Under the pieces are notes generated by a model. That model had not been told where the DNA came from. It did not search any database and worked only from the letters and a program-made list of their open reading frames with translations. Source: an uncultured Actinomycetes bacterium (GTDB taxonomy: Bacteria > Actinomycetota > UBA4738 > HRBIN12). Taken from it: DNA of 64,000 nt. This document shows positions 61,872 to 64,000 of the stretch, one piece after another; position 1 is the first letter of the stretch, and each line of letters starts with the position of its first letter. The position numbers and the translations under genes are program-made. The stretch is from contig CAVZKB010000015.1 in the NCBI GenBank assembly GCA_963775755.1, positions 14,380-78,379 of the forward strand, written 5' to 3'.

Positions 61872-61927
61872 GGACGGTCCAGTCTAGGGCCCGCCCGCCC
61901 CCGGGAGCGAAAAGGGCTCAGCCGGCC

Positions 61928-62206
61928 TCAGGCGACCTGACGTCCCACCCGTCGGCGCTGCTGCTCGGTGAGGCCGCCCCAGACGCCGTAACGCTCGCCG
62001 TTCTTGAGCGCCCATGAGAGGCATTCCTCACGGATGCGACAGCCTCCGCAGAAGGCGAGCGCGGGACCGGCCTCGTCCTCGGACACGGGGAAGAAGAGGT
62101 CGGGATCGATGCCGAAACATGCCGCTCGGTCTTGCCAGTCGTCCGGTGGGGAAGGGTTCATCGGTAGCGTGTCCAGGTCGATGTCCGGGAACCGCTCGAT
62201 CCTCAA
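61928..62206 (-). CDS. WhiB-family Fe-S transcriptional regulator
   Basis: Four Cys (RAACFG ... FCGGCRIREEC), a GVWGG turn and a basic tail. The TTG start at 62206 follows GAAGGGGG; ATG 62161 and GTG 62227 are alternatives. Confidence 0.85.
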   Translation of the reverse strand: MRIERFPDIDLDTLPMNPSPPDDWQDRAACFGIDPDLFFPVSEDEAGPALAFCGGCRIREECLSWALKNGERYGVWGGLTEQQRRRVGRQVA

Positions 62207-62235
62207 AACACCCCCCCTTCCGCTCACCCACAGAG

Positions 62236-62287
62236 CCGGTGGACCCCCCTGGCACCCGATTCATAACAGAGGGGGGGTTCCCACCGG
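62236..62287 (-). promoter_or_regulatory. Long imperfect hairpin / inverted repeat in the whiB upstream region
   Basis: CCGGTGG-A-CCCCCC ... GGGGGG(G)-TTC-CCACCGG. Two arms of 7 plus 6 bp with a spacer of about 21 nt, 30-80 nt upstream of the whiB start. Confidence 0.5.
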
Positions 62288-62350
62288 AAGGGGTCGAAGG
62301 CAGTTGATGTCAGAACCCCCGGCCGACTGACACGAAATGACCCGAAAAGG

Positions 62351-63184
62351 CTAGTCCGGCAGGGGGAACAACCGGGATGCGTCCGGCGCCTGAAGCGCGG
62401 CGTCGGCGGCCCGCCACTCCACCTTCGTGATGATCACGCTCCCGCCGTCCCGGCCGGGCACGGCGCTCATGACCTGCCCGACCACCCCGCCCCCCGCGTG
62501 CACGCGGGTGCCGGAGGCGAGGACGGTCTCCGACCGGAGATGGCGAAGGATCGTCGGGGGATGACCGAGGTTCCGCACCTTCGCCACGGACTCCTGACCC
62601 AGGAAGCATCCCTTCGCCACGTCGATCAGGCGATCCAGGCCGGCCTCGGCGGGCAGCGCGCCCGCTTCGAAGTCGACACCCATCCGGGGGTCGCCGCGAC
62701 CCACGCGCCAGAGCTCGTAGGACCGTTCGTCCACGAGGACCGATCCGCGCCCGTTCGTCGCCCTCTCCCATGCGTCGCGATCGATCGCCGGGACGGCAAC
62801 GATCTGCTCTGGCCCCGGGAAGACGAGCACGCGAACGATGCCGGTGGTGTTCTCCAACCGAACAGCCGAGGAGAGGACGTATGGGCGGAGCAGGTCTTCG
62901 ACGGGTTCGGGCTGGTCTCTCGCCTGCAGGACGACGAAGGCATCTTCGTCGGTCTGCGTGATCCACAGGTCGGCGCGGATCCGCCCCGTGGGTGTGAGCA
63001 GCAGCGACCGGCGAGACGTGCCCGGAGCGAGCGTCGCAACGTCCGCGGTCACGAGGTCCCCGAGCCATCCACGGGCGTCCGCGCCGCTCACGGAGAGCGT
63101 GCGCTCCCCGGAGCGATCGACGGCACCGCGCCCGTCGTCCAGAGCGTCCACCAGCTCCCACATCTCGGTCGTCGCGTTCTCCAT
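62351..63184 (-). CDS. ygfZ: Folate-binding YgfZ/GcvT-like protein (Fe-S cluster maintenance)
   Basis: 277 aa. GcvT-like N-terminal fold and the YgfZ signature KGCFLGQE. Confidence 0.8.
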   Translation of the reverse strand: MENATTEMWELVDALDDGRGAVDRSGERTLSVSGADARGWLGDLVTADVATLAPGTSRRSLLLTPTGRIRADLWITQTDEDAFVVLQARDQPEPVEDLLRPYVLSSAVRLENTTGIVRVLVFPGPEQIVAVPAIDRDAWERATNGRGSVLVDERSYELWRVGRGDPRMGVDFEAGALPAEAGLDRLIDVAKGCFLGQESVAKVRNLGHPPTILRHLRSETVLASGTRVHAGGGVVGQVMSAVPGRDGGSVIITKVEWRAADAALQAPDASRLFPLPD

Positions 63185-63210
63185 GGCCCTCTGGGAGCAT
63201 CATCCCAGCC

Positions 63211-64000
63211 ATGGAAGCGACGCAGACCCTGCCCAGGACCCTCCTGGTGACGAACGACTATCCGCCGCGCGTCGGCGGGATCCAGCGCACGCTGGAGGCG
63301 CTCTGGAAGGAGTTGCCCCCCGATCGCGTTTCGGTCCTCGCCCCGGCATGGGAAGGCGCCGGGTCGTTCGATGCGGCCGCTCCCTACCCGATCGTCCGCG
63401 AGCGCTCGGAGTTCATCTGGCCGTCACCTCGGTTCGCGGCCCGTCTGGATGAGGTCGTGGACTCGCTCGGCGTGGAGGTCGTCCTCTTCGGCGACGCGTT
63501 CCCGTTGGCCTTCCTCGGTCCGCGACTCGCCCGCCGGGGCACGCCGTACCTGGTCGCCGCCCACGGGTTCGACTACTGGCTGTCTATCGTGCCCGGCGCC
63601 CACCGGTCGATCAGGTACATGACGTCGGCGGCCTCCCGCGTGCCGGTGATGTGCAGCGAGTTCATCGCCCGAACGGTCCGCACCGCCGTGCCCCGTTCGG
63701 TGCCGGTCTCGATCTTGTATCCCGGCGCGGATCTGCACGCCTTCCGGCCGGACCTTCCCACGGACGATCTCCGTGAACGGCTGGGGGTGGGTGACCGGCC
63801 GCTCGTCGTGTGCGTCAGCCGCCTCGTCGCCCGCAAAGGGCAGGACGTCTTGATCCGGGGCATCTCGCGCGTCCGTCGGCAGGTGTCGGACGCGACGCTC
63901 GTGATCGTGGGCGGTGGTCCCTACGAAGCGCGACTGCGGACGCTCGCCTCCGGCGCGCCTGACGGATCGGTCGTCTTCGCGGGCCAGGTGCCCGAGGAGG
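63211..64000 (+). CDS. GT4-family glycosyltransferase (PimB-like), 3' end cut by window edge
   Basis: Open frame from ATG 63211 to the window end; absent from the ORF track because it has no stop. LLVTNDYPPRVGGIQ N-terminus and RLVARKGQDVLI, typical of GT-B/GT4 mannosyltransferases. Confidence 0.8.
   Translation, partial: MEATQTLPRTLLVTNDYPPRVGGIQRTLEALWKELPPDRVSVLAPAWEGAGSFDAAAPYPIVRERSEFIWPSPRFAARLDEVVDSLGVEVVLFGDAFPLAFLGPRLARRGTPYLVAAHGFDYWLSIVPGAHRSIRYMTSAASRVPVMCSEFIARTVRTAVPRSVPVSILYPGADLHAFRPDLPTDDLRERLGVGDRPLVVCVSRLVARKGQDVLIRGISRVRRQVSDATLVIVGGGPYEARLRTLASGAPDGSVVFAGQVPEE

Overview
Very GC-rich, almost gap-free coding segment of an actinobacterial-type chromosome. The taxonomic call rests on a WhiB-family regulator, a mycothiol-type DinB enzyme, SUF-only Fe-S machinery with SufU, and many leaderless starts behind TANNNT -10 boxes. 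I count about 60 protein genes. I see no rRNA/tRNA genes, CRISPR arrays, transposases, integrases, phage genes or recognisable defence/toxin modules. Content is mostly core metabolism with a strong lipoate / Fe-S / sulfur theme: lipA, two 2-oxoacid dehydrogenase E1 alpha/beta pairs, E2, Lpd, lipB, gcvT, a DUF59 (SufT-like) protein, a rhodanese, sufB-sufD-Rieske-sufC-sufS-sufU, ErpA, a second cysteine desulfurase, KorAB and YgfZ. Interleaved with these are a CsoR-controlled copper efflux module (YHS mini-protein, csoR, copA, thioredoxin-TPR), a 1569-aa 8xPAS+GAF histidine kinase, a REC-HK/NarL pair, an ECF sigma/anti-sigma pair, metH, and a heptose-activation pair (gmhA, GHMP kinase) next to a 1058-aa 8xCalx-beta secreted protein. 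Most noteworthy: (i) a trp-leader-like attenuator candidate with a Cys-Cys uORF in front of the rhodanese gene. (ii) Two near-identical CsoR-type operators plus a 54-aa YHS ORF absent from the ORF track. (iii) Four +1 frame breaks (E2 linker, sufD twice, Rieske N-terminus) that look like single-base insertions. (iv) A leaderless four-gene operon of unknown function headed by a degenerate receiver domain. (v) A carbonic-anhydrase-like C-terminal relic and a CxxC...HxxxxxH mini-ORF between the rhodanese gene and the suf promoter. I do not see a clear-cut novel multi-gene system, so candidates carry modest interest scores.
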